A stretch of DNA of 63,506 nt, filler included, from Craspedostauros australis (GCA_030167865.1; 5 parts of 5 records of this genome joined end to end with filler, not necessarily neighbours in it); one strand, 5' to 3'. Shown: positions 21,201 through 32,600, counted from the first letter of the whole stretch. A program made the numbers and translations. Notes: generated by a model from the sequence alone, not told the origin.

Positions 21201-22233
21201 TAACATCAGCATGGTCATGATTTCTAGTACTGCGACGATTGTGGTGATTGGCATGAGCATCGTCACCAACATCACCATCATCATCACTTTCGTTGTCGGT
21301 TTCATGTATCGTAACTTTGGATATCGACGGTGATAGCTCGGATGTCATGGCAGGCAACGGAGATGGATCCACGATGGGCAAGGCGAGCGATCGCGGCGGT
21401 GCGTGATTCGTTCGTTTGGGCGTTTTGTCCGTCGCGGTTGTGGGTCTCTGCTTTGCTGCATTGGCGGCTCCATTGGCGGCTCCATTGCTTCCGTCCATCG
21501 CGTAACCACCAGTCAACACAACATCCACCCGCAGCACCTTGCACGTGTTCATGGCAGCGTTCGATAAGTAGCTTCCGGCAGAAGCAGCAGATATTGCCAC
21601 TGACAACGACGGCGACGATGATGATGATTGTGGCGGTGCGTTGGGATACGCTCGAAGCGCACGGAAGGATGCAACGGAGAGCGCCGAATGGGACACGGCC
21701 GATCTCGGAGGTGAAGGCAATTGCGGCGATGTGGAGGACGGCGGATGCTGCTCGATGGTAGATGCCGTCCTCATCACGTGCTCCAGGACGGGCGTTCGAA
21801 TGGCCGATCCCAATCTGTGCCGTGATGGCGACTGCGGACTTCCCGGTATGACATTTGGTTGGCTCGCACTGCGCCCAGCAGCATGAGTACCAGCGTTGGC
21901 GGCAGTGTTGGCGGCAGAAACAGACGCACCACAGCCATGCTGACCCTCCGTTTCCACCACGCTCTCATCCATCGTCCCGATGATCTCTCCGTAGCTGACG
22001 TAGGCTCCGCTTCGTTGCGACTGCGTCTTGGGTTCCTGCAGCAGGGACACCACGCCACGGTACACCACGCGGTAATACTTCATCTCCTTTGTTGTTGTTG
22101 TTGTTGTTGTTGTTGCCGTTGTCTTGTCCGCCGCTTCGTCGAGCATCTCATGCTGAGGTCTGGAAACCGGCGCGTCTGGTTGACTGCGTTCGCCCATCTC
22201 CTGCCTCTTCGCTTTCGCATCATCTGCCATCAC
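18229..22233 (-). CDS. Uncharacterised 1334-aa protein with about six SH3b-like beta repeats separated by low-complexity linkers
   Basis: Long ORF with a recurring unit [YF]RV...[VI]..GP...L..G....[RK]L.D..GW[VIA], e.g. FWYRVVSPTPLAILTGPS...RLSRRRGWV and WRYNVVLDARIHVHKGPS...RLKDSQGWI. Confidence 0.8.
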   Translation of the reverse strand: MMADDAKAKRQEMGERSQPDAPVSRPQHEMLDEAADKTTATTTTTTTTKEMKYYRVVYRGVVSLLQEPKTQSQRSGAYVSYGEIIGTMDESVVETEGQHGCGASVSAANTAANAGTHAAGRSASQPNVIPGSPQSPSRHRLGSAIRTPVLEHVMRTASTIEQHPPSSTSPQLPSPPRSAVSHSALSVASFRALRAYPNAPPQSSSSSPSLSVAISAASAGSYLSNAAMNTCKVLRVDVVLTGGYAMDGSNGAANGAANAAKQRPTTATDKTPKRTNHAPPRSLALPIVDPSPLPAMTSELSPSISKVTIHETDNESDDDGDVGDDAHANHHNRRSTRNHDHADVTEVESTITSSTIKTGEPSIPRSKEINGIGHTQQRQQQQSVTGSAEERDDISHHGYIFSRRHGVPILEPLPCAPFCETGQFWYRVVSPTPLAILTGPSLDAPKTKATILPGTVHEISLRVVMGSIGSSANANRGIAMEESNTVFLRLSRRRGWVVDRRIPNSASATNRNFRTVITMREVPNDAMTVTSATDESSSIVSMISGSAASIATPMSSARRRHRAPRRRQESMKEVDGLGPLPQLVGVSRMTDVSMLHNQSTLSSYSVSDTSPPMNKSHHTQTITANNNNNNQAHGNAHGHAHGPGGMLSPSSNISLLSDESCNDPAAHIQRIANSSGVATTPDRSVARSTVSNGSSAMLRRHQQQYQMQAQPSFFLMRVNAPRGLKILDAPHFQVNSLIRGSNPAGAGHLSPAHDSAAGSGAASSVSGLTSHSAAGSGAAAGASGVGNKSIFSTMAGGNHTTTLTSKMGNPAVFDSITKARKLPRGTVFEACKRMEAGGAAFINQGGSGLIKLSDNSGWAIVPYQHELDDQYRHYHGSVSNVREGEATRAFEEVGNAVINDRVMPVYLRVLAKGGVAISLPPHSHTFSDEETSPTSSTGGSSGISGGNSLSNSEVASSVGSSFLDAMFRTPQKKRDGESNAGSSIHLQGLQHGGGAGGTNKAASSAGGAVDSSRYPIRLPSALMQPSSDKMSYSTVIPCGMCLEVDPWVQNNAMREQQMMKLEYARLRGGQGWIPRQLNGRAVVETVQSPEFRLGSFWFRVQARSGIKVRMGPSNRAPSIKSDDGVFFRFECGEYLRASEVMTVFKSDAPSECFAKLYRNRHVRLHNVHSEYRSLTSLTTQAEWVQIFSEDELFLDECATEPRIERHRQGWRYNVVLDARIHVHKGPSLLADRTGMPLLGGESVLITERVTGPGDTMTWLRLKDSQGWIHNVSESGEPLMIPHSLRHRKQHPSGRSSHGAGGGASGPQEDIAYNTIIARLFHSDLPENGPKIGKA

Positions 22234-22316
22234 GAATCTTCGACGCCACTCTCGTGGTCGCAGCGCCTGCTCGTATTCTACTGGTATGTATTATATGTAT
22301 GGTACTAGTACGAGCG

Positions 22317-22360
22317 TTGTGATGGTTGTGATGGTTGTGATGGTTGTGATGATTGTGATG
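22317..22360. repeat. 9-bp tandem repeat (TTGTGATGG)n
   Basis: About five consecutive units are directly visible. Confidence 0.8.
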
Positions 22361-22975
22361 CTCTTGGTGGCAATGGTTGTGTGAACTCCGCTTCAGATGC
22401 ACATTGCGTTGTATGTTGGTGGTTGGTGGGTACTGTAGGCTTTGTATTTTTGTTGTTGCTGTTGTCCTTCGTCACTTTCGTTCATGGTGCGCCGTGTGCA
22501 CGCCAGGACAATGCGCGCGCACATGATTGCAGTTATGTCTCACGAACGTTAACAAGAACCGTCATTCCCCACACAAAATGCATCGTTCAAACCAATTCTG
22601 CTTCCGAGCGCGCGCGTCCAGCCAGCCAATAGAAGGCCTCAACGGAAACCAACAACGCAATTTCGAAACTGTCGCCAAATTGTCCGTGACCGGCCGTAGC
22701 GTGAATCAAATGTGCGGCGATGGGTCACAAAACGTGGATACGCGAAAATGGGCGGCGACATCAACAACATCGACATCGTGGCAACATCAGCAACAGCAAT
22801 TGGCAGCAGCGCAACAAGGTCCATTCCGTCCAATCAGCTGCTGCGTGACCACGACAAAGGACAATTCTATAATTTAATAGAATATAATATAATACCATAC
22901 ATTGCTTGCTCTGTTTTTTTATTATACTCGAGAGTACTTCCGCTTGCTTCATGCTTGTTACATTTTCCTTCGCTC

Positions 22976-23000
22976 CACTTCACTTCACTTCACTTCACTT
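22976..23000. repeat. (CACTT)5 microsatellite
   Basis: Directly visible downstream of the MRE11 stop codon. Confidence 0.85.
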
Positions 23001-23067
23001 GATTTCGTTACATTTCAGTTCGCGTGTTTCGGCCATACGACCCAGACCACACGCTCTCCCTCTCTGG

Positions 23068-26000
23068 CTAGTCGCTGAAATCATCATCGCTGTCCGCGTA
23101 TGTCTTCTTGGACGCAGCTCTGCCGCGCCTTCGGGTTGTCGTCGCCTTCGCTGGTGCTGTTCGTCTGCTCCTTGCTGCGGTTGTGCCGCGTGCCGTCTTC
23201 TTCGCTTTGGCTTTCGAAGCAACCAGCGCCACCAGGTCTTCATCATCGTCGCTGTCATCCACGTTGATGGCTCCATCATACGCACTTCCTTGGGTTGTAC
23301 CGCGACCATCCTCATCCTCATCGTCGTCGTCATCTTCGGCGTAATTGACGCGCGACCTGGACGCTGCTGCACCACGGCGGCTGCGAGTGCTGGCGCTTCC
23401 GCTTGTTCTCGTCGATGCTGCTGGGCTTGATGCTGCTCGGGATCCGCGCCCTCCTCGCGCGTTGCTCTTCGTTGCTGTCTTGGGTGGCGGCGCTGGCGTC
23501 ACCTCCATGATATCGCTGTCATCGTCTTCCTCGTCCAAGTTCACGCGTGACGCATTCCTTTTTGCTCTCGTGGAGGTTGCCCTCTTGGCTGGAGTCTTCT
23601 TGGCAGCAGCATGCTTTCTTGCGGCAGTCATTTTGCGCCGGCGATTGGCGGGTGTCTTCGCGTTATCACTGTCGCTCCCATCATCCGAATCATCTTCCAG
23701 GTCGGTTGCTGCCGCCCTTCCCTTTGGCTTCGCCCCACCTCTTGCCTTTCCCTTTGATGCTGTGGCTGTTGCTGCACGGCCGCGTTTCTTTGGCGGTTGC
23801 GGTTCTTCTTCCTCCTCTTCATCTTCAACGTCGATGTCATCGTCTTCTTCCAAATCATCGCCCTCTTCGCTGCCGCCATCGCCATCGTCATCGCCGCTTG
23901 CACCTTCGGCTTCCTCCGCGGCCTGCTGTTCGCGTTTGATGAGCTTGCGCTGCTTCTTCACCAGCAGCTCTGCCAAAGCCTCGTTGATGGCTTGCGCCTG
24001 CTGCTTCTGCACGTAATCCTGTAGCGATTCACCAATGTGCTTCTCATCGAACAGCTCGAGCTTCTTGTCGCTCTTGAGGAGGTTGTCCGCTACCAGATCT
24101 TCAATTTCCAATTCATCCAGCTCTTCCGGCGGGATTGGCTGGCCGTGCTCATCCACAGCGACGCCATTCGCATTGCGACGTTTGGTGGGTGCCTTGTTGC
24201 TGCTCGTATCAATGCCGTAGGCTCCGGATGAACCCGCCGCAGTGGCCCGTTTGCGTTGGAACAACAGGATGTCCGTCTGTACGAGCAGTATGGGACGAGT
24301 GTTGGTGTGCATTCGCAATTACGTACGTGTGTATGTGTGAGAAAGAGAGAGAATACAGGATGGCACGGTAAATCGCGGAGCGATATGAGTGCAACACATG
24401 TCGATAGAGTGAGTTCACTGCAAGTGACGCTGACAGGAAGAAAAGAAAGTCCACCGACAGCACCAATGGACTAATCGTGGCAACAAGTCAACGCGCAGCA
24501 GCACCGTACGAATACGATACTAATCCAAGACAACGAACTTACCGGATTGGCAATATCTTGGATGAATTTGGCGCCAAAGCGTTGATTGCTCTGAGCTGAA
24601 AATCCAGTGTGATCCACGCGCAAACGCAACAGGACTCTGTGAGGTTGCTGCAGCTGCATCGAAATTGGCAGAAGCGGGAGCGACGCAACCGGCTTGGGCT
24701 GCGACGATGCATCGTTGTCATCTTGGATCATGGAGATGTCGCTCATCATGGAGGCAGATGCGCTGGCGGATTGGTTGGCGGCGATGTGAGCGAGGATTGG
24801 CGCTGCCAGCGGATTGCCTGCCTTGTGCGCCAGCTCCAACGTTTCCACACGCTTTTCGCGCGCGTCATGAATGAGGACGCGCGTCTTTTCCTCAAGGACG
24901 GTGGAGATTTGCACATCGACCTTCGGATCATCCGGATCCAGACCACGTGAATGCTGCGCCAAGCACACATCGTCCATGACGAAGGAGCGGACCTGCGTGA
25001 GCGGCACTGCCTTGATGCGAAATTGGGCATTGCGAATGTCCAGAATGCCAATCTGCTTCGTCACGGCCTCACCCAACGTCAACGAGGTTGCCACGCTGGA
25101 ACCCGGCTGCGAGACCCGGAACGTGCCGACAGCGGACTCCCTGGGTTCGACCTGACTCTCGTGTTCGTGACCCCACACCACAAGGTCCATCCACTCTGGA
25201 ATCATGCTCTCGTGGATGAAGTTCTTCGTGCCACGTCCTGCGTCACGATTCTGGTGCAGCGCGAAGAGGTTGAACCAGGGGGAAGGAGAGGCATCGTCGC
25301 CGGCTGCCGATGCTGCATTGCCATCCTCATCGTTGGGTTTGAGGAACTTGACATGGTTGGACGACCACATTCGGTTGAGCCGTTCATCTCGCATGCTCCC
25401 CAACCCGTACAGTGCCACCTTCGTCGATCCCTTGCGCAGGAGGATGGGCGCGATCTTGACCGCCTGGACCTGCTCCTGACGCCCGAAATAGTTGACCAGA
25501 TTGGTGACGCTGAGCAGATCCAACGCGGCCAGCAGCTCCCCGCCACCCTCGCGGGTCGGATCGTCATGATTGCCGTGGATGGAGAAGATGGGCAAGTCAA
25601 CAGCGTAGTGCTCGTCCTCGTAATTGACGAGTGGCGTGAGCGCTGTCTCGGCTGGACCGCTGGATGCACCGCCGGGCGCCTGCGAATTGGCGGATGGAGT
25701 CGGCGCTCCGTTGAGGTTGCTCATGTGCATGCTGTCGTTGCTGATGACCTGGATGCGGATGGGGTCATGTCCCAAGCAGTACTTGCGAAAGAGCTGCAGC
25801 GTCTTGAAGAGAGTCTTGCGACTTGGCTTGTTGTCGTGGAACAAGTCGCCGGCCAGCAGGACGCAGTCCACATCGTAGTGGTTCTTGGCGAGGTAGAGAA
25901 CTTCTTCCATCGCTGCGAAGGAATCCAATCCACGAACTGGATCGCGCTCGCTGTATCCCAAGTGGTTGTCTGTGGACAGCAGCACCCGCACAGTATCCTC

Positions 26001-26483
26001 GTCCGGATCTTCCAGCACGTCGGCTTCCGGCAGATTCAAGGTGGATGCCGCCATCGAGGCATTGCGAGAGACACCAGCCGCCGACGCGGACGTGGGCGTT
26101 GACATCGAATCGTTGGGGCGAGCGGAAGATGCAGATGATGCCGTCGATCGGGAGGCTGGTGTTGTGGCTGTCCCTCTTCGGCGAGACGTTGAGGTAGTCG
26201 CGGCTGTAGCAGGAGTTGGCGATGCTGGTGGATCATTCTCATCATCGTCTATCGCAACGACTTGCTCTGCGACCTCTGCAACTGCATCGGTGCTCACATC
26301 AACATCTTCGTTGTTGCCATTGCCATTGTCATTGGCATTGTTATCGCCAGCATCTGCAGCAACAGCAACAGCAGCAACAGCGGTGGTTGTCTTGGTGCGC
26401 TTCTCACTTCGCTTTCTCCGGAACGCCTCCTCCAAATCCTCGTCTTCCGACGACGAAGAGTACTGCCTCTTCCTGCGTGGCAT
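23068..26483 (-). CDS. MRE11: Double-strand break repair nuclease MRE11; complement(join(23068..24276,24543..26483)), ~1049 aa
   Basis: Phosphoesterase motifs STDNHLGY, GDLFH, IHGNHDDP, LHQNR, WGHEH, plus QPGSSVATSL and LRLRVD..GF...NQRFG. The phase-0 intron (24277-24542) gives ANP|TDILLFQR. C-terminal acidic/basic tail with an RGGRG (GAR-like) motif. Confidence 0.96.
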
Positions 26484-27243
26484 CGTCTTTCTCTCTCTTT
26501 TGACACAAGTACTCTGCAGGGCTGGTGCAGGGTAAGGCATACACGTCCTCGTGTAGTGGGCGATGGTTGATGGATTGATTGCTCGGTTTTGTGGGATCTT
26601 TGGTGCAGATTCAAGGTTGGGATCTTGTTTGCGTGGGTTGTTGTGGGTTGTGTTGTCTCTCGATTTTTGCGGCTGTCCATTCGTGTGATCTTGGTGGAGG
26701 GAAATTCTTAGTGGTCAAATGAGTCGATAAACAAACGAACACGAGAACATCGCGGTGATCGTACTATTCGGACACGGACATGTTGTCTGTCTGTTTCCGC
26801 AGCATGATTGTGTCTGTCAGTTCACAAAAGAAGCACAACACCATGTTCCATCACAACGACTTGAAATGATCGGAAGTTCTCCAGAGAGGACTCTCTATCA
26901 AGCAGTCAAGATCGTTTTCTTTTTGTTTGTGGTTTATAGTGGTGTGTTGTATTATCTTTTCTATGTATGGTATCGTAGCCCAGGGTCGTCGATGTCGCTC
27001 TGTGCTTCCTCTTTCTTTTTGTCTTCTATTTGCTTGTTTGTGTTCATTTGTTCATCGATTCAACGATCGTCGTTGGTGCGGTTGGGAACAATCGTGTGGT
27101 TTGATTTGACTTGATTTGGTTTGGCTGTTTCTTTGGTCCTTTGGCTCATGTCCACTCGTATGAGCAGGCCATCTTTTGTGTGTGTGTTTGAACTCTCCAA
27201 TGTGAAAGGAATGCCGCAAGATCGGCATCTCCGTGCATCGGGC

Positions 27244-27873
27244 TTACTTGGTGACCGCACCATCGACGGCGGCCTTCTTCTCGACAAGTTCCGGTGGGCA
27301 ACGTCCGCAGGAGTCGTTCGGATAGTATGCGACAATGTCGGAATCGGCCGCAGCCACGCAGAAGGTCTGGTATCCATTCTTGGAGGAGTAATGGCACATG
27401 TTGACCATGTTGGGGTTGTCGCCACATGGGTGCTCGCTTGGCTTGCAGTAGTGATCATTGACCGTGTTGTTGGTGGCGTCAGTCTTAGCTTCGATCGCGT
27501 GCTTGGAAACAGTCTTCTTGGCGTATCCGCCAGTGACTTCATCACCCTTGTTGGCGTCAGTGGCCAGCTTTCGGGCTGCGGCTGGGCATGGGTCGTTGCA
27601 CTTGATCTCGAATGTGTACTGGATGGTGGGGTAGTTGGCATCAGCCGGCTTCTGGCAGCACTGAGGAATCTCGGCGTCGTCGAGGACGCTGTCGAAGGAT
27701 GGATCGGAGACGAAGATGTCCACAACTGCGGCGTTGATTGATTCCATGCAGGTGGCTGTGAAGATCTCGCCGGCGTTCCAGTTGACATCTTCCAACAAGA
27801 CGCACTCGCTGTCGAAGAGGGATTTTTGGTAGTCGGTGTACACGTATCCGACTGTCTCCGTCCAGGTCTGCTT
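27244..27873 (-). CDS. C-terminal part of a Cys-rich, probably extracellular diatom protein; 5' end lost in the gap
   Basis: Open frame from the gap edge with strong coding-type codon usage. Cys domain (ATCMES..AVVDIFVSD...AEIPQCC...IQYTFEIKC), then an RKL (RXL) site, then a second Cys domain (HYC...HPCG...VNMCHYS..GYQTFCV...CGRCP). Confidence 0.75.
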   Translation of the reverse strand, partial: KQTWTETVGYVYTDYQKSLFDSECVLLEDVNWNAGEIFTATCMESINAAVVDIFVSDPSFDSVLDDAEIPQCCQKPADANYPTIQYTFEIKCNDPCPAAARKLATDANKGDEVTGGYAKKTVSKHAIEAKTDATNNTVNDHYCKPSEHPCGDNPNMVNMCHYSSKNGYQTFCVAAADSDIVAYYPNDSCGRCPPELVEKKAAVDGAVTK

Positions 27874-27973
27874 NNNNNNNNNNNNNNNNNNNNNNNNNNN
27901 NNNNNNNNNNNNNNNNNTTAATTAATTAANNNNNNNNNNNNNNNNNNNNNNNNNNNNNNNNNNNNNNNNNNNN
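27874..27973. other. Assembly gap with artificial linker (44 N + TTAATTAATTAA + 44 N)
   Basis: The same 100-nt construct occurs four times, and the 12-mer places stop codons in all six frames. Confidence 0.97.
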
Positions 27974-28165
27974 GGCAAGGGTGTAACACAACAAGGAGGG
28001 TGGAGCACGAATCATGATTATTGTTTGTTCAATTACCGCAACTTTAGCGATTATTATAAATTTAACACATGAGGCATGTCGTGAGTCGACCTGGCCAGCG
28101 AAAAAGGGTTTGAAAAAAAAACGACTTCTCGTAAAGCGTATTTGGGCTAGTCCGTTGAGTCGCAG

Positions 28166-28241
28166 TTTGTCTGTGGAGACAAATGGACCCCAATTTGCCT
28201 GTGGAGACAAATTGCACCTCCAATTTGCCTGGGGAGACAAG
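28166..28241. repeat. Three tandem hairpin-forming repeats, TTTG(T/C)CTG(T/G)GGAGACAA, period 28-30 bp
   Basis: Units start at 28166, 28194 and 28224. Unit 1 is a perfect stem-loop, TTTGTCT-GTGG-AGACAAA. Confidence 0.8.
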
Positions 28242-29597
28242 CCACGTAGGCCAGTACCAGGCCAAAATCATTATGGATATGTGCTTGAACTTGTATAGTA
28301 GTACCATGAGCGCTGGACGTGATCACAGGACGTCTCGGTTCAATGATCAACATGTCAACAATTCTGGAGAATCGAATGTTTTGGTGATTTCCAAAGATCT
28401 CTACTGGAGGGTTGGCACTTTCACGAGAGCCACAGTACTACTTCAGTCTACCAAATGCACCTCTCGACCAATAGAGAGAGAATGATAGTAGAATAGTATG
28501 TATGGTACAGTTGTATGTATTGTACAACAGATGGCTCTCAAAGATATCCTGATTCGGTTGGCCGAGGTTGTACGGTACTCTCACATGCAATGCTGGGAAG
28601 ACAGAACCATCCATCACCTCGTCATCAACACCCCTCCCACATCGCACAGGGGCCTGGACGGGAAGATGCCGGGTTGCTGTTCCTTCATGTTTCTACTCCG
28701 ACGTTTGTCGGCATGGAGCATGACCGCATGATGATGATTCACAATGTTATTCACAGCTTTGGCGCAATGGTTTCCGCACATGATTGCTTCCTCCGATGCG
28801 GCCTCCAATGGTGTCAACCCTCCGTCATCTGTGTCTTGTGTAGATTGTGGAGCAGCTCGTTTGCTGCTCCATTGGTGGGTAATACTCTTGCGAACACTAT
28901 TTGCACCTGCAACTATCGTCATCTGAGTTGCTATCGACAGGGCAGAGGAGAGCGTTGCCGACACACGCGAACCCCATTCCTCGAAGTGCACCGTCCCGCG
29001 CTTCCGCCTTTGCGTCAGGCACCCATGCAAGATTGGTGTTGCGAATCTTCTCATTCGCATTCCAATGGTACTCCGACGTTGCACGATTGCTGCGTTCGGA
29101 AGATCGGTTTCGCCAGGTGGAGTGCGCGAGCATTGGAGGGATGCGTTATGTTGAGAAACATTGCTGAACACACATGACGAAATTCGGCAACAATAACGTC
29201 TGGATAACCATTAACGACACGCACACCGTGTCACAGAGCATTTCGAATTATTCATTCTTATTCATCATCACAAAATTTTGGCAGTGAACTCAACGTAGGT
29301 GGTTTGCTGTTGGTATTGCTGTTGGAGGGAACGGGAACGACGCGCACAGTGATGTGAGTGGAATCAACATGGTTGGTGCTTCTCTTTGGGGATCACCAAT
29401 TTCCTTGCGGGCGTTCACACAAACAAGCGTGAGGCAGGTTGCAGGTTGCTGACCAGATCGAAGCGCTGGAGCAAGCAAGAACACAAACAGGCAAGCAAGA
29501 AAGTCAAGCAAGAAAGTCAAGCAAGCAAGAAAGCGGGCAGAGAGGGACAACAGTGTTTGTGCACAATCCAGAACAACGACAGCACATCCCACGCCTC

Positions 29598-29646
29598 TAC
29601 CAATACCAATACCAATACCAATACCAATAGAGAGAGAGAGAGAGAG
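29598..29646. repeat. (TACCAA)n plus (AG)n compound microsatellite upstream of the LRR gene
   Basis: Directly visible. Confidence 0.85.
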
Positions 29647-29680
29647 CAACAGAACAGGCTCGCACCAACAGAAGACGACC

Positions 29681-32600
29681 ATGGCCAACTACGAGTACGG
29701 GAGCGACGATTCGTCGGTGGAACTCCCACCACCACCACCCAGCATCCCTCCGTACGAGGAGCAGCTGAAGGTGTTCCAGGGAATGGCCGAGTTCGACAAC
29801 GCCAAAGGCAACAAGGATGATCTCAGCGTCGAGATGGACGTCGACGACAGCGGCAGCGTGGAGGTGATGCCCAGCATGGCCGTCAACAACCGCGGAATGG
29901 GAGACGACTTCAGCCAGGAGAACGAAGACGGCGATGGCGATGACGAGAACGAGGACGACATTAGCGACGACGAGCCGCGCAGAGGCAACGGCCGCGCTCT
30001 GATCATGGGCGTCCTCCTTCTCTGCGTCGTGGCCATCATCCTGGGCGTGGGCTTCGGCACCAACGCCTTCGGAGACAACACCAGCACCTCGCGAGCCGCC
30101 GCGGATGTCCCGGGTTCCGCCATCGAAGATCCGGATGTGCGACCGGACCCAGTCGACGAGGAACCCGAGGACGAGCCCACCAATCCACCCAAGGACATCC
30201 CGGACATCGGGGACCCCGACACCGACGAGGCCGCCGAGCGCCTCGCCAGGCTCCAGACCTTCATGGAGGAGATGGCACCGACGGGAGAGGCCACCTTCGC
30301 CGATCCGCAGTCTCCGGAAACCCTGGCCCTCAAGTGGGTGGCCCAGGAGGATCCGCTGCAGCTCGAGCCGGACACCGCCGACAGCAGAATCCGCCTGCAA
30401 CAGCGCTTCGGGCTCCTCGCCTTCTGGTTCCACTCGCAGTTCCAATGGGCCGATCAGACTGGATGGCTCGTCGAGGAGGATGAGTGCGCCTGGGTCGGCG
30501 TCGGCTGCGTCAGCGCCACCGATGCCCGCATGCGCCGCCGACTGCAGGCGGACGCCAACTCCACCCTCAACGTCGTCGTCGAGATCGACATGGACGACAA
30601 CAACGTCAACGGCATTCTGCCAGACGCCCTCGGCATGATCCCTTTCCTCACGCGCGTCAGCCTCGGCGACAACCAGATCAGCGGATCCATCCCCGCCGGT
30701 CTCCTGCAGCTCGAATTCCTCGAGCAGCTCTACCTCAACGAGAATCTCATCACTGGCGACTTCAGCACCCTAGACTTCTCCGGACTCAAGGCCATCCGCG
30801 TCCTCGATCTCACCGACAACAGCCTGGAAGGCGCCTTCCCAGACTCGCTCTTCACACTCGTCACTCTGGAGAGCCTGGTCTTGGACTTCAACGACCTTGT
30901 GGGTCCAATCCCGGCTGCCGTTGGTGACCTCGTTGCTTTGGGTACGTGAACTGCTGCTCTTGCTCGTAGGTGGTGACGTTCAACGCGTCGGATGCTCAAT
31001 CCACACGATCTTGCGTTCATGCCTCTCATCACGGTCAATATGTGAAGCATCCACCTCACCGTTATCTCTTTCTTTTTCTTTTTCACCACCCCATCTCACG
31101 CACCGACTTTCATACCGCAGAGCGCATGACCATGGGCCACAACAAGATCGGAGGCAGCCTCCCAGCCGAGCTCGGATTGCTCACCAACTTGCTCGTGCTT
31201 TGGTTGGACAACAACGAGATCACAGGCAACCTCCCTGATGAAATCGGCGACATGGAGAGATTGGCCGTCCTCGACCTCAACGACAACGCCATCGTCGGCG
31301 AGGTACGTCTTCAGAGTCTCGTGTATTCAATATTCAATATTCATGTCATAGTTTGCGCTTGAGCTATTGCTTCTGGTCACTCACTCACTCACTCGCTTCT
31401 CTACTCAATGTCCACGCACCCATCCACACAATGCCCCGTTACCTTCTCCGACTCACAGATGCCAAGCACCATCTCCACCCTTGCCATCCTTCAAGTCCTT
31501 CAATTGGCCAGAAACCAAATGGACGGACCTTTGCCAGCCAGCATGTCCGATCTCGACCAGCTCTTCCGCCTTGACCTGGACGGCAATGGCTTCACCGGCA
31601 CCATCCCAGACTTCAGCGCGGCCACCAACATGCAGAGATTCAGACTCGGATTCAACAACTTCGACCCCCAGGATTTCCCAGCCTACGTCACCCTCATGAC
31701 GGGACTCACCCACCTCGAGTTGCAGCAGTGCAGCCTCGCTGGCGAGCTCCCAGATGGCATGGGCAACCTCGACTCGATGAGAATCCTCGATCTGTCTGCC
31801 AACTTCCTCGAGGGCGCGATCCCAGCCGGCATCGCCAACGGCCCTCTCGAGGACCTCATCCTCCACGACAACAACTTCAATGGACCGATCCCATTCGAGA
31901 TCACCCTCGTCGATACCCTCGAGCGTCTGGTGCTGCACGACAACAACCTTGAAGGCGTTCTGCCGCTGTCCTTGGGTGACCTCACCAACCTCGTCGTTCT
32001 CTCCCTCCAGAACAACAATCTCGAAGGGGCGATTCCAGAGTCCATCACCGCCATGACACTGCTGGAAGTGATCGATATGAGCGAAAACGACTTGACCGGC
32101 AACATCCCAGAGAGCATTGGAAATTTGGTCAACGTCCGTAAGTGATACCTGTAGCGTATGATGCAGCGCAGCATCATGATAGAATGCATGATGGAATGCA
32201 TGGCAGAGTGCAATGGCGTAATCTCGGGACCTGTCTCCTCTTTGGTTTACGAACGATTGAAAGATGACTTGCACTCTGTTCCATTGTCGATGACTATCGC
32301 ATGCACTAACTTTGTGCTCCCTATTTTGTCTTTCTTGACACTATTCGCTCTCCCTCGAATGAATCCCATGCATCGTGTTGCATCCAATGGCCACAGGCGA
32401 GTTCTCCCTCAGAACCAACGGCATCACTGGTGCCATCCCTGATTCCTTGAGCAACATGGTGAACCTCCAGATGCTCGATCTGTCCAACAACCAGTTCGTC
32501 GGTGGTCTCCCAGAGAACTTCACCGACCTCATCGGCCTCGTTCTTCTTGATCTGTCCAACAACTTCTTCACCGACACCATCCCAGAAGACATCGGCAACC

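Noticed and set aside
23068..24318. Separate 416-aa low-complexity gene
   Set aside because: It is exon 2 of MRE11; the splice restores ANP-TDILLF.
24951..26102. 383-aa plus-strand ORF
   Set aside because: Antisense shadow of MRE11. The same applies to 29597-30445, 31453-32274, 34123-35151 and 51160-52047 over other genes.
27918..27929. TTAATTAATTAA as a piggyBac TTAA target site or regulatory palindrome (also at 57587, 60735, 61996)
   Set aside because: Always centred in 44 N + 12 + 44 N; an artificial six-frame-stop scaffolding linker.
28166..28241. Palindromic repeats as a mini CRISPR array
   Set aside because: Only three units, spacers about 10 nt and similar to each other, no cas genes, and a eukaryotic context.
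28300..29200. ORFs of 185-220 aa on both strands after the first gap
   Set aside because: No recognisable domain or coding-type codon bias. Possibly a repeat remnant, but not supportable.
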